Shown here: positions 26,322-33,984 of the stretch, piece after piece | Layout: each line of letters opens with the position of its first letter | How positions within the stretch are numbered: position 1 is the first letter of the stretch | Made by a program: the position numbers and the translations under genes | The notes under the pieces: generated by a model | What the model saw: only the letters and a program-made list of their open reading frames with translations | Told to the model about the DNA's origin: nothing | Database searches by the model: none | Source of the DNA: Eubacteriales bacterium | GTDB lineage: Bacteria > Bacillota > Clostridia > Oscillospirales > CAG-272 | DNA length: 64,000 nt | NCBI GenBank assembly: GCA_045587445.1 | Contig: JAZNCH010000036.1 | Location: forward strand, 41,490-105,489 | Direction of reading: 5' to 3'

Positions 26322-26417
26322 ATGAAAAACCTTGTAAAACTTAGAATTTTGTCGTTATCGGTAGCTATGGGTGTATCTTGTTGCAGTTGCAGTAATTGTA
26401 GGCGTAGTAGTTGTTAG
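26322..26417 (+). CDS. possible small ORF (31 aa, Cys-rich tail MKNLVKLRILSLSVAMGVSCCSCSNCRRSSC); may be a frameshifted small membrane-protein gene
   Basis: AAGGAAAG RBS 7 nt upstream. The +1 frame from 26371 to 26442 encodes a clean TM helix (YLVAVAVIVGVVVVSVGVWNIK). Confidence 0.25.
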   Translation: MKNLVKLRILSLSVAMGVSCCSCSNCRRSSC

Positions 26418-26597
26418 CGTTGGGGTTTGGAATATAAAATAAGTTTAACCTACAAAGACGTTATATGTTAAACGGCATTAAGAAATTGAGGGCGTTTTTG
26501 TCTATTTATAACAAAAATATATGTACAATTTTAACATATAGTGGTCTTTAAAAGATAAAAAAAGTAAAAAAAATATCCACAAAATGCAAAATATATA

Positions 26598-26626
26598 TTG
26601 CAAAAATCAAATTCATGGTGTATAAT
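26598..26626 (+). promoter_or_regulatory. sigma-A promoter of the 490-aa surface-protein gene
   Basis: TTGCAA (26598-26603), 17 nt, TATAAT (26621-26626), preceded by TGg. Confidence 0.65.
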
Positions 26627-26687
26627 ACCAATAGTTATAAAAACAAGATAACTGTTATAACAAAAAATCAAAAGGAGATTTATAACG

Positions 26688-28160
26688 ATGAAAAAATTTG
26701 CAAAACTTTTGGTTGTAGCTCTTTCAGTTGCAATCATCGCATCCTTGTTTGCAGTAAGCTCTTCAGCTGCAGAACTTGTTGACCCCAACACACTCCAGCC
26801 CGGAAGTGAAAATGTTTATTTTATCAAGGATGCTCCCAGAGACGAAAACAATAAGATTGTTGGAAAACTCGAAGGTGACGGAACAGGTTCCGATGCTGAT
26901 AACCCCTTACAGCCTGTGGACCACCAAGACTTCGATGTCAATGCTACGTATCCTAAATGGCATCTCCAGACAGCTTTCTATCAGGCAACAGAACTTTTGA
27001 AGGATACAGGCGGAACAATCGTTATCTGCGGTCCCGTATTTTTCGGTATTGACGAAAGCTACGGCTCCGGCCCTTCTACAAGAGACGTATTCACAGCTAA
27101 ATTTGGCAAAAATACAATCAAGATTACTTCTGTTTACAATGGTGTTGACTACCGTGAAACAGCAGGTGCTAAGATTATTCTTGAATCTCCCGCAGAAATC
27201 GGTATGTATGGTCAGTCGATTTGGGAAAACGTTGATATAGCTACAGCAAGTACAACTCGTGTAATTTCTTTCAGTAACTATGCTACACTTATCGGTGAAG
27301 GCGTTAACTGCTATCCTACAGACGAAGCATTTGAGGGTGTTGCAGCAAACTACGTAAGCCTTTCGGCAGGTCACAGATATGAAGGTGGTGTTGACCTTAC
27401 AACAAACCTTGTTGTTAAATCCGGTACTTACAACGTAATTGCATCAGGTATATGGGGCGTTAACAACCAGAAATCTGTTGCAGATGACGGTACAATTAAA
27501 TGGACTAATAACCTTGAGGGTAATACAAACGCTAACGTGGTAATCGAAGGCACAACAACCGTATACGGTGAAATCCTCGGTACAAACAAATATGTAGCTG
27601 ATTTCTCAGGTGATTCTACAATTACAATTAACGGCGGTAAGTTTGAATGTGATATCAACATGGTTGGCAAGAGTGGTATGTTGAACACAGATGGTAAAGT
27701 TACTCTTAAGATTAACGGCGGTGATTTCGCAGGTGCATGGTCTATCAATAATGCTGTAGCAGGTGCTACAAACAATATGCCCGCATTGTCCGTACTTGAC
27801 TTCTCAGGTTGGACAGGTGAACTTTCCGATCTTGCAAATGCATACGGTGTTATTGCAACGGAATTTTCTGAAATTAAATTGCCTGCAGGTGTGACAGCCG
27901 AACAGGTATTGGCAGCAGCTACAACAGCTACTGAACCTGCAGATACAGAGCCTGCAGAAACACCCGCAGAAACAACTCCTGCAGAAACACCTGCAGAAAC
28001 AAAGGCTCCTGTTGTTGATGAAACAAATGCTCCTGTTGTTGATGACGGCGAAGAAGGCGGCTCTAACATGACAATTATTATTATTGCAATCGTTGCAGTA
28101 GTAGTAATCGCAGGTGTAGTAGTTGGTATCGTTCTTGCAAAGAAAAAGAAATCAGTTTAA
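26688..28160 (+). CDS. membrane-anchored surface protein (490 aa), paralogue of the beta-helix-like core of the giant protein
   Basis: Signal peptide MKKFAKLLVVALSVAIIASLFAVSSSA/AE. INGGKFECDINMVG and INGGDFAGAWSI repeats. PAET-rich stalk, C-terminal TM helix plus KKKKSV stop-transfer. Confidence 0.8.
   Translation: MKKFAKLLVVALSVAIIASLFAVSSSAAELVDPNTLQPGSENVYFIKDAPRDENNKIVGKLEGDGTGSDADNPLQPVDHQDFDVNATYPKWHLQTAFYQATELLKDTGGTIVICGPVFFGIDESYGSGPSTRDVFTAKFGKNTIKITSVYNGVDYRETAGAKIILESPAEIGMYGQSIWENVDIATASTTRVISFSNYATLIGEGVNCYPTDEAFEGVAANYVSLSAGHRYEGGVDLTTNLVVKSGTYNVIASGIWGVNNQKSVADDGTIKWTNNLEGNTNANVVIEGTTTVYGEILGTNKYVADFSGDSTITINGGKFECDINMVGKSGMLNTDGKVTLKINGGDFAGAWSINNAVAGATNNMPALSVLDFSGWTGELSDLANAYGVIATEFSEIKLPAGVTAEQVLAAATTATEPADTEPAETPAETTPAETPAETKAPVVDETNAPVVDDGEEGGSNMTIIIIAIVAVVVIAGVVVGIVLAKKKKSV
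27933..28045 (+). repeat. in-frame tandem repeats encoding the Pro/Ala/Glu/Thr stalk
   Basis: About five 12-15-nt units of CCTGCAGAAACA (EPADTEPAETPAETTPAETPAET), then two copies of GCTCCTGTTGTTGATGA (APVVD). Confidence 0.85.
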
Positions 28161-28186
28161 CTGATAAATAATTAAACTTAAATATA

Positions 28187-28218
28187 AAACAACCTCGATT
28201 AATTCGGGGTTGTTTTTA
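28187..28218 (+). terminator. terminator of the 490-aa gene
   Basis: Stem CAACCTCGA/TCGGGGTTG (one G-U pair) extended by A/T pairs, then TTTTT. Confidence 0.7.
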
Positions 28219-28298
28219 TGTTGTAGCACACATATAATAAGATTTTTTATAAATACATAGAGCTGAGAGCTTTGAAATCTAATTGTGTGTGCGGTTCA

Positions 28299-28336
28299 TA
28301 GTGATAAACAAATACCACCTCTATAAAGTAAATAGA
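28299..28336. terminator. bidirectional hairpin between the 490-aa gene and queH
   Basis: 15-bp perfect stem AAATACCACCTCTAT/ATAGAGGTGGTATTT with T-rich tracts on both strands, 14 nt past the queH stop. Confidence 0.7.
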
Positions 28337-28349
28337 GGTGGTATTTGTT

Positions 28350-28961
28350 TTACTTTTTCGAGTAGATACAACCACAGTAATTTTGTCTGTATAGGTTGTA
28401 TTTTTCTGAAAGTTGAATAGAGCGTTTGTATCCGTTTTTCTTTTTGAAATCGGAGTAGAGCCATTGTACAGCACTGGCTTCTGAAAGTTTTAAACCAATG
28501 TTGTTTAGTCTAACAGCATCTTTATGCGGACTTATTGAAAGTGTAGTTGAAAAGAAATTGAAATTATTTGCTTCGGCAAATTCAAATGCTTTTTGAAGTC
28601 TTAAAAAATAACAATCAGTACAACGCAGTCCTCGTTCCGGCAGGTCTTCTTTGCCGATAGATATTTCGGTAAATTTATCGGGGGTATATTCGGGAATAAT
28701 AATTTTTACTTTGTCGGAGAGATTCATTTCGGTTACAAGACGCGTCAGTTCGTTAGCGCGAAAAACGTATTCATCAAGAGGGGAAATATTGGGGTTATAG
28801 AAATAGAGAGTTATATCAAAACAGTTGCTGAGATATTCAAGAACATAGCTTGAGCAGGGAGCACAACATGCGTGAAGCAACAAGGTTGGTTTGTTTTTTA
28901 ATGATATAATCGTATTTAGTTGCTCGTCGAGCAATTTTTGATAGTTTGTTTTTTCTTCCAT
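28350..28961 (-). CDS. queH: epoxyqueuosine reductase QueH (DUF208)
   Basis: HACCAPCS and YCGCIYS cysteine motifs characteristic of QueH. Confidence 0.8.
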   Translation of the reverse strand: MEEKTNYQKLLDEQLNTIISLKNKPTLLLHACCAPCSSYVLEYLSNCFDITLYFYNPNISPLDEYVFRANELTRLVTEMNLSDKVKIIIPEYTPDKFTEISIGKEDLPERGLRCTDCYFLRLQKAFEFAEANNFNFFSTTLSISPHKDAVRLNNIGLKLSEASAVQWLYSDFKKKNGYKRSIQLSEKYNLYRQNYCGCIYSKK

Positions 28962-29126
28962 GCGATTTTGTCTCCCTGAGTATCGAAAATTATCTGTTCA
29001 ATATATATTATAGTATAGGTTTTTTAAAAATCAAGTCAAAATAAATCAGAAAATCACACAAAGTTCGTTGACAAGTTTTGAATAATATGGTAAAATATAT
29101 GTTGATTATGGATTTTTTGAGGTTAT

Positions 29127-29684
29127 ATGATGGATTGGTTGCTTGACATATTTAGATTTGACAGTTTGCAAGCAGGAATAGCGCAAGTAATAGGTTTTAT
29201 AGCACTTGTATTTTCTATGATTTCATACCAGATGAAGACTCAAAAGAGAATCGTACTTATCCAAATAATAAGCTGTACGTTTTTTGCAATTCATTTTCTG
29301 TTGTTAAATGCTTATACGGGTGCTTTGATGAATTTTATTGCAGCAGTTCGTTCGGTTATCTTTGCAAATAAAGATAAAAAATGGGGAAAGAGCAATTGGT
29401 GGATTGTATTTTTCTCGTTGGTTTGCGTTATTGCGGTGGGATTCACATGGGAAAGTGCGTTAAGCTTGATGCCTATGGTAGGTATGGTTTTGACATCGAT
29501 TGCTTGGGGAATAGAAAAGGCGAGTCTTGTCAGACTTGTATCTTTACCAAGCTCACCGTTATGGATCGTATATAACTTTATCTGTGGTTCGACGGCAGGA
29601 GTGCTTACGGAAGTGTTTGTTATGATTTCTATTATAACAGCTATGATAAGACTTGATTTGCCGAAGAAAAAGCAAAATAAATAA
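29127..29684 (+). CDS. YgjV-family inner membrane protein
   Basis: 185 aa, about 6 TM helices with internal duplication. N-terminal IGFIALVFSMISYQMKTQKRI resembles the YgjV family. Confidence 0.5.
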   Translation: MMDWLLDIFRFDSLQAGIAQVIGFIALVFSMISYQMKTQKRIVLIQIISCTFFAIHFLLLNAYTGALMNFIAAVRSVIFANKDKKWGKSNWWIVFFSLVCVIAVGFTWESALSLMPMVGMVLTSIAWGIEKASLVRLVSLPSSPLWIVYNFICGSTAGVLTEVFVMISIITAMIRLDLPKKKQNK

Positions 29685-29689
29685 AAAAA

Positions 29690-29764
29690 TGGAGCCGATG
29701 GTGGGGATTGAACCCACGACCTGCTGATTACGAATCAGCTGCACTACCACTGTGCTACATCGGC
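29690..29764 (-). tRNA. tRNA-Thr (anticodon CGU), CCA encoded
   Basis: Hand-folded cloverleaf. Acceptor GCCGATG/CATCGGC, D stem GCAC/GTGC, anticodon stem GCTGA/TCAGC with loop TTCGTAA, T stem GTGGG/CCCAC with TTCAATC loop. 75 nt. Confidence 0.9.
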
Positions 29765-29776
29765 AAACCACGAGGT

Positions 29777-29805
29777 ATTATAGCATAGGAAAACTACTTT
29801 GTCAA
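29777..29805 (-). promoter_or_regulatory. perfect consensus sigma-A promoter of tRNA-Thr
   Basis: Minus strand reads TTGACA, 17 nt, TATAAT, ending 12 nt before tRNA position 1. The -35 abuts the rsmA RBS on the other strand. Confidence 0.7.
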
Positions 29806-29817
29806 GAGGAAAAAACA

Positions 29818-30684
29818 ATGAGGCTTACAAATATCGGAACTGTAAAAGGTTTGATGGAAAAGCATGGTATAAAATTTCAGAAAAAGTATGGACAGAACTT
29901 TCTTATAAACGAAGAGATACCGATGCGAATAGCCGAGGAGTGCGGTGTCGGCGAAGCTGATTGCGTACTTGAAATAGGTCCGGGGATTGGGACATTGACA
30001 CGTGAACTTTGTTCTGTTGCAGGTAAAGTGGTTGCCGTTGAAATTGACAGTGGCTTGATGCCGGTGTTAAAAGATACTTTGGCTGATTTTGATAACGTAG
30101 AAGTTATTAATTCAGATATTATGAAAATTGACATAAACAAGCTTTATGAAGAGAAATTCAAGGGCAAAAACGTTTATGTTTGTGCAAATTTACCATACTA
30201 TATAACGACACCCATATTAATGATGTTGCTCGAAAGCAGACTGCCATTTAAGAAGATGACGTTTATGGTACAAAAAGAGGTGGCTGACAGACTTTCATCT
30301 AACTCAAAAGAGGGCGATTACGGTGCGGTTACGGCATCAGTAAGTTATTACGGCAAGGTTGAGAAGTTGTTTAATGTAAGTGCGGGCAATTTTATGCCGG
30401 CACCGAAGGTAGACTCGGCAGTGATACAGATAACCCTTTATGATGAACCTCCTGTTAAGGTGGTTGATGAAAAGTTGTTTTTCAAGGTTATAAAGGCGGC
30501 ATTTGAGCAAAGAAGAAAGACTTTGGTAAACGCACTGTCGGGAAAAATGGATATAAGCAAAGATGAAATAGTTTCTGCTGTTACAGAGGCGGGGCTTGAC
30601 CCGAATATAAGGGGAGAAAGACTTGATATAGCCGAATTTGCAAAATTATCAGATATAATCAAACGCAAACAAACGGAGAAATAA
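29818..30684 (+). CDS. rsmA: 16S rRNA (adenine1518/1519-N6)-dimethyltransferase
   Basis: KKYGQNFL and LEIGPGIGTLT SAM-binding motifs, NLPYYITTPI. Start moved to ATG 29818 (GAGGAA RBS). The ORF-track extension overlaps the tRNA. Confidence 0.9.
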   Translation: MRLTNIGTVKGLMEKHGIKFQKKYGQNFLINEEIPMRIAEECGVGEADCVLEIGPGIGTLTRELCSVAGKVVAVEIDSGLMPVLKDTLADFDNVEVINSDIMKIDINKLYEEKFKGKNVYVCANLPYYITTPILMMLLESRLPFKKMTFMVQKEVADRLSSNSKEGDYGAVTASVSYYGKVEKLFNVSAGNFMPAPKVDSAVIQITLYDEPPVKVVDEKLFFKVIKAAFEQRRKTLVNALSGKMDISKDEIVSAVTEAGLDPNIRGERLDIAEFAKLSDIIKRKQTEK

Positions 30685-30743
30685 ACTCTGTTTTATATAA
30701 AGAAAAAAATAAAAATAATTATATTTATTGGAGGCAAAACCAA

Positions 30744-32525
30744 ATGACAACCAACAAGTATGTAAACGAATGGATTAAGGAGATGGCTGAACTTACTTGT
30801 CCTGACAAGATCGTATGGATCGACGGTTCGGACGAACAGAGAGAGGCTCTTCGTGAAGAGGCATGTGCAACATCTGAAATGTATAAGCTTAACCAGGATA
30901 AGCTTCCCGGCTGCTATTTGCATCGTACAGCAATTAACGACGTTGCACGTGTAGAAAACAGAACATTTATTTGTACAGAAACAAAAGAAGAAGCAGGACC
31001 TCTCAACAACTGGATGGCTCCCGCTGAAATGTATGAAAAGCTTAGAAAGCTCTATAAGGGTTCATATAAGGGAAGAACAATGTATGTTATTCCTTATTCT
31101 ATGGGTATTCCCGGCTCTGACTTTGCAAAGATAGGTATTGAGCTTACAGACTCTATCTACGTAGTACTCAATATGCTTATTATGACAAGAGTTGGAACAA
31201 AAGTTTTGGCAGCTCTTAAAGATGACGATGCAGGCTTTATTAAGGGTCTCCATGCAAGAGCTGACCTCGACGAAGAGAACAGATACATCGTTCACTTCCC
31301 TCAGGATAACACAATCTGGTCAATTAACTCCGGTTACGGCGGAAACGTTCTTCTCGGTAAGAAATGCTTTGCACTTCGTATTGCATCCTACCTTGGCAGA
31401 AAAGAAGGCTGGATGGCTGAGCATATGCTTATTCTCGGTATTGAATATCCCAATGGCGAAATCAAGTATATTTCTGCAGCATTCCCCTCTGCATGCGGTA
31501 AGACAAACCTCGCAATGCTTATTCCACCCGAAATTTACGGTAAACAGGGCTACAAAGTATGGTGCGTAGGCGACGATATTGCATGGCTCCGTGTTGGTGC
31601 TGACGGCAGACTTTGGGCAGTTAACCCCGAAAACGGATTCTTCGGTGTTGCTCCCGGTACACACGACAAGTCTAACCCCAACGCTCTTAAGACAACAATG
31701 CGTGATACTATCTTCACAAACGTTGTACACAATCTTGATGATAATACAGTATGGTGGGAAGGTCTCGACAAGAATCCTCCCGCAAATGCTCTTGACTGGA
31801 AGGGCAATAAGTGGGACTTCACAAAGTTTGACAAGAAGGATAAGTCTACTTGCGGTGCTCACCCCAACTCCAGATTCACATCTATGGCAATTAACTGCCC
31901 CTGCATTTCTTCTGAATTCAACAATCCCGCAGGTGTTCCGATTTCTGCGATTGTATTTGGCGGCAGACGTGCGAAGACAGCTCCGTTGGTATATCAGTCT
32001 CGTAACTGGAACAACGGCGTATTCGTTGGCTCTATCATGGCTTCCGAAACAACAGCAGCTGCAGCAGGTGCTGTCGGCGTAGTTCGTCGTGACCCGATGG
32101 CTATGCTTCCTTTCGCAGGCTACAATATGGGTGACTACTTCAAGCATTGGATTGAAATGGGCACAAAGGTTACAAACAAGCCCCTTATCTTCAACGTTAA
32201 CTGGTTCCGTACAGATGATGAAGGAAACTTCATTTGGCCCGGCTTCGGCGACAATATGCGTGTTCTTCTTTGGATTCTCGCTCGTTGCGAAGGCAAGGTA
32301 GACGCTGTAGAAACAGCAATCGGTTACGTTCCGAAGGCCGAAGACATCAACATCGAAGGTCTTGATATTGACATTGACGTTGTTAAAGAGCTTCTTAACG
32401 TTGACAAGGCAGTATGGAGAGAAGAAATCGGCGGTATCAAAGAATTCTATGCAAAGATTGGCGACACAGTTCCCGCAGAACTTAAGGCTGAACTTGCAAC
32501 TCTCGAAGCTAACCTCGCAGAATAA
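30744..32525 (+). CDS. pck: phosphoenolpyruvate carboxykinase (GTP)
   Basis: 593 aa. Kinase-1a FPSACGKTNLAML and WWEG/PNSRFT blocks of GTP-PEPCK. Strongly biased codon usage. Confidence 0.9.
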   Translation: MTTNKYVNEWIKEMAELTCPDKIVWIDGSDEQREALREEACATSEMYKLNQDKLPGCYLHRTAINDVARVENRTFICTETKEEAGPLNNWMAPAEMYEKLRKLYKGSYKGRTMYVIPYSMGIPGSDFAKIGIELTDSIYVVLNMLIMTRVGTKVLAALKDDDAGFIKGLHARADLDEENRYIVHFPQDNTIWSINSGYGGNVLLGKKCFALRIASYLGRKEGWMAEHMLILGIEYPNGEIKYISAAFPSACGKTNLAMLIPPEIYGKQGYKVWCVGDDIAWLRVGADGRLWAVNPENGFFGVAPGTHDKSNPNALKTTMRDTIFTNVVHNLDDNTVWWEGLDKNPPANALDWKGNKWDFTKFDKKDKSTCGAHPNSRFTSMAINCPCISSEFNNPAGVPISAIVFGGRRAKTAPLVYQSRNWNNGVFVGSIMASETTAAAAGAVGVVRRDPMAMLPFAGYNMGDYFKHWIEMGTKVTNKPLIFNVNWFRTDDEGNFIWPGFGDNMRVLLWILARCEGKVDAVETAIGYVPKAEDINIEGLDIDIDVVKELLNVDKAVWREEIGGIKEFYAKIGDTVPAELKAELATLEANLAE

Positions 32526-32544
32526 AAATAGCTATATTTCAAAA

Positions 32545-32584
32545 GTGGCGTACTTCTTAAAAGAAGTGCGCCACATTTGTATTT
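32545..32584 (+). terminator. terminator of pck
   Basis: GTGGCGTACTTCTT/AAGAAGTGCGCCAC stem (one G-U pair), then ATTTGTATTT. Confidence 0.65.
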
Positions 32585-32641
32585 ATTATATATTGCATAC
32601 GGTATAATTATTTGATATAATGAAAATACGAGGTGATTTTT

Positions 32642-33040
32642 ATGACAGTATTTGTGTGTTTAGATGATAATAACGGAATGTTATTCAATAACAGAAGACA
32701 AAGCCGAGATTCAAAGGTGATTGAGCAAATAAAAGCTATATCTATGGGAAGAAAGCTTTATATGGACAGTTATTCGGCGAAGTTGTTTGAGGATTTTGAG
32801 GTTATAGTTGACGATAACTTCTTGGAAAAAATGACCGAAGAAGATTTCTGTTTTGTTGAAAAGGCATATTTAAAGGAATATGACGAAAAGATAAAAACAC
32901 TTGTGATATTCAAGTGGAACAGAATATACCCCTTTGACAAACAGCTTGATATAGGATTTAATGATAGAGAACTTAAAGAAAGCTATGATTTTGAGGGAAC
33001 TTCGCACGAAAAAATAACCTACGAGGTATGGGTTAGATGA
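32642..33040 (+). CDS. small DHFR-fold / RibD-C-like protein (about 132 aa)
   Basis: Layout VFVCLDDNNGM..N...R...GRKL.M...S...F......Y.FEG.SHEKITYEVW resembles short dihydrofolate-reductase-like proteins. AGGTGA RBS. The stop overlaps the next ATG (ATGA). Confidence 0.45.
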   Translation: MTVFVCLDDNNGMLFNNRRQSRDSKVIEQIKAISMGRKLYMDSYSAKLFEDFEVIVDDNFLEKMTEEDFCFVEKAYLKEYDEKIKTLVIFKWNRIYPFDKQLDIGFNDRELKESYDFEGTSHEKITYEVWVR

Positions 33041-33936
33041 AAAAAGTATATTTTGTTTTGGCGGTAATATTAATCGCTTTTGCGGTTGTTGCATATATGA
33101 ATATAGTTCCGCCGTATTCCGAGAGCGACAACGGGGAAGTTGAGCAGATTTCATTAGATTACTTTGATTACACAAAAATACCGGAATTCGACGGCAAAAA
33201 ACCTTACGTTGTCGTAAATGATAACAAGCCGTATTTTGACGAAAGAAGCTATACGACCAATTCCTACGAAGAGTACGGAAAACTTGACAATAAGGGAAGA
33301 TGCACCTATGCTATGGCAAGTATAGGCAAAGATTTGATGCCGACTGAAGAGCGAGGTTCCATAGGCTCGGTTAAGCCTACGGGTTGGCATATATCAAAAT
33401 ACGATTTTGTTGACGGAACCTATCTATATAACAGGTGTCATCTTATTGGATACCAGTTGACCGGTGAAAATGCGAATAAAAGCAATTTGATAACAGGTAC
33501 AAGATATATGAACGTGCAAGGAATGTTGCCGTTTGAAGATATGGTTGCAGACTACGTAAAAGAAACCGAAAACCACGTTTTGTATAGAGTAACGCCGATA
33601 TTTTTAGATAATGAATTGGTTGCAAGAGGCGTATTGATGGAAGCCATATCAATAGAAGATGACGGCGACGGAATATGTTTTAACGTATTTTGCTACAACG
33701 TACAGCCTAAAGTGCATATAAACTATATCGACGGTTCTAACTACAGTGAAGAGGGAATAAATACCTCTGTACAGGAAAATGCATCGTACATATTGAATAC
33801 GGGTTCACGAAAGTTCCATAAGGTTGACTGTTCTTCCGTAAAAGACATAGCTTCGGCGAACAAAAAAGGATATAAAGGTACTCGTGAGGAGCTTATACTT
33901 GACGGATATGCTCCTTGCGGTAATTGTAAACCATAA
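33037..33936 (+). CDS. membrane-anchored DNA/RNA non-specific endonuclease (EndA / DNA-entry nuclease-like)
   Basis: N-terminal TM anchor. YNRCHLIGYQLTGENANKSNLITGTRYMN active-site block. C-terminal Cys cluster (HKVDCSS...PCGNC). Confidence 0.8.
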   Translation: MKKVYFVLAVILIAFAVVAYMNIVPPYSESDNGEVEQISLDYFDYTKIPEFDGKKPYVVVNDNKPYFDERSYTTNSYEEYGKLDNKGRCTYAMASIGKDLMPTEERGSIGSVKPTGWHISKYDFVDGTYLYNRCHLIGYQLTGENANKSNLITGTRYMNVQGMLPFEDMVADYVKETENHVLYRVTPIFLDNELVARGVLMEAISIEDDGDGICFNVFCYNVQPKVHINYIDGSNYSEEGINTSVQENASYILNTGSRKFHKVDCSSVKDIASANKKGYKGTREELILDGYAPCGNCKP

Positions 33937-33937
33937 A

Positions 33938-33975
33938 ACAAGGCTATACACCATTAAAGTGTATAGCCTTGTTTT
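33938..33975. terminator. bidirectional terminator between the nuclease and LtaS-like genes
   Basis: 14-bp perfect stem ACAAGGCTATACAC/GTGTATAGCCTTGT with T-runs on both strands. Confidence 0.8.
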
Positions 33976-33984
33976 ATGTAATGT

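Noticed and set aside
27933-28045. CRISPR-like short tandem repeats
   Set aside because: The units are 12-17 nt, contiguous with no spacers, in frame inside a CDS and encode a PAET/APVVD linker. No cas genes are present. No CRISPR array was seen anywhere in the window.
27428-28069. 213-aa minus-strand ORF with SAGV repeats
   Set aside because: It is antisense to the PAET/APVVD repeat stalk of the 490-aa surface protein. Its repetitiveness is a mirror image of the coding repeats.
29690-29764. tRNA-Thr as the attachment site of a genomic island
   Set aside because: No integrase, direct repeat of the tRNA 3' end, or compositional break is visible on either side. The flanking genes are ordinary core genes.
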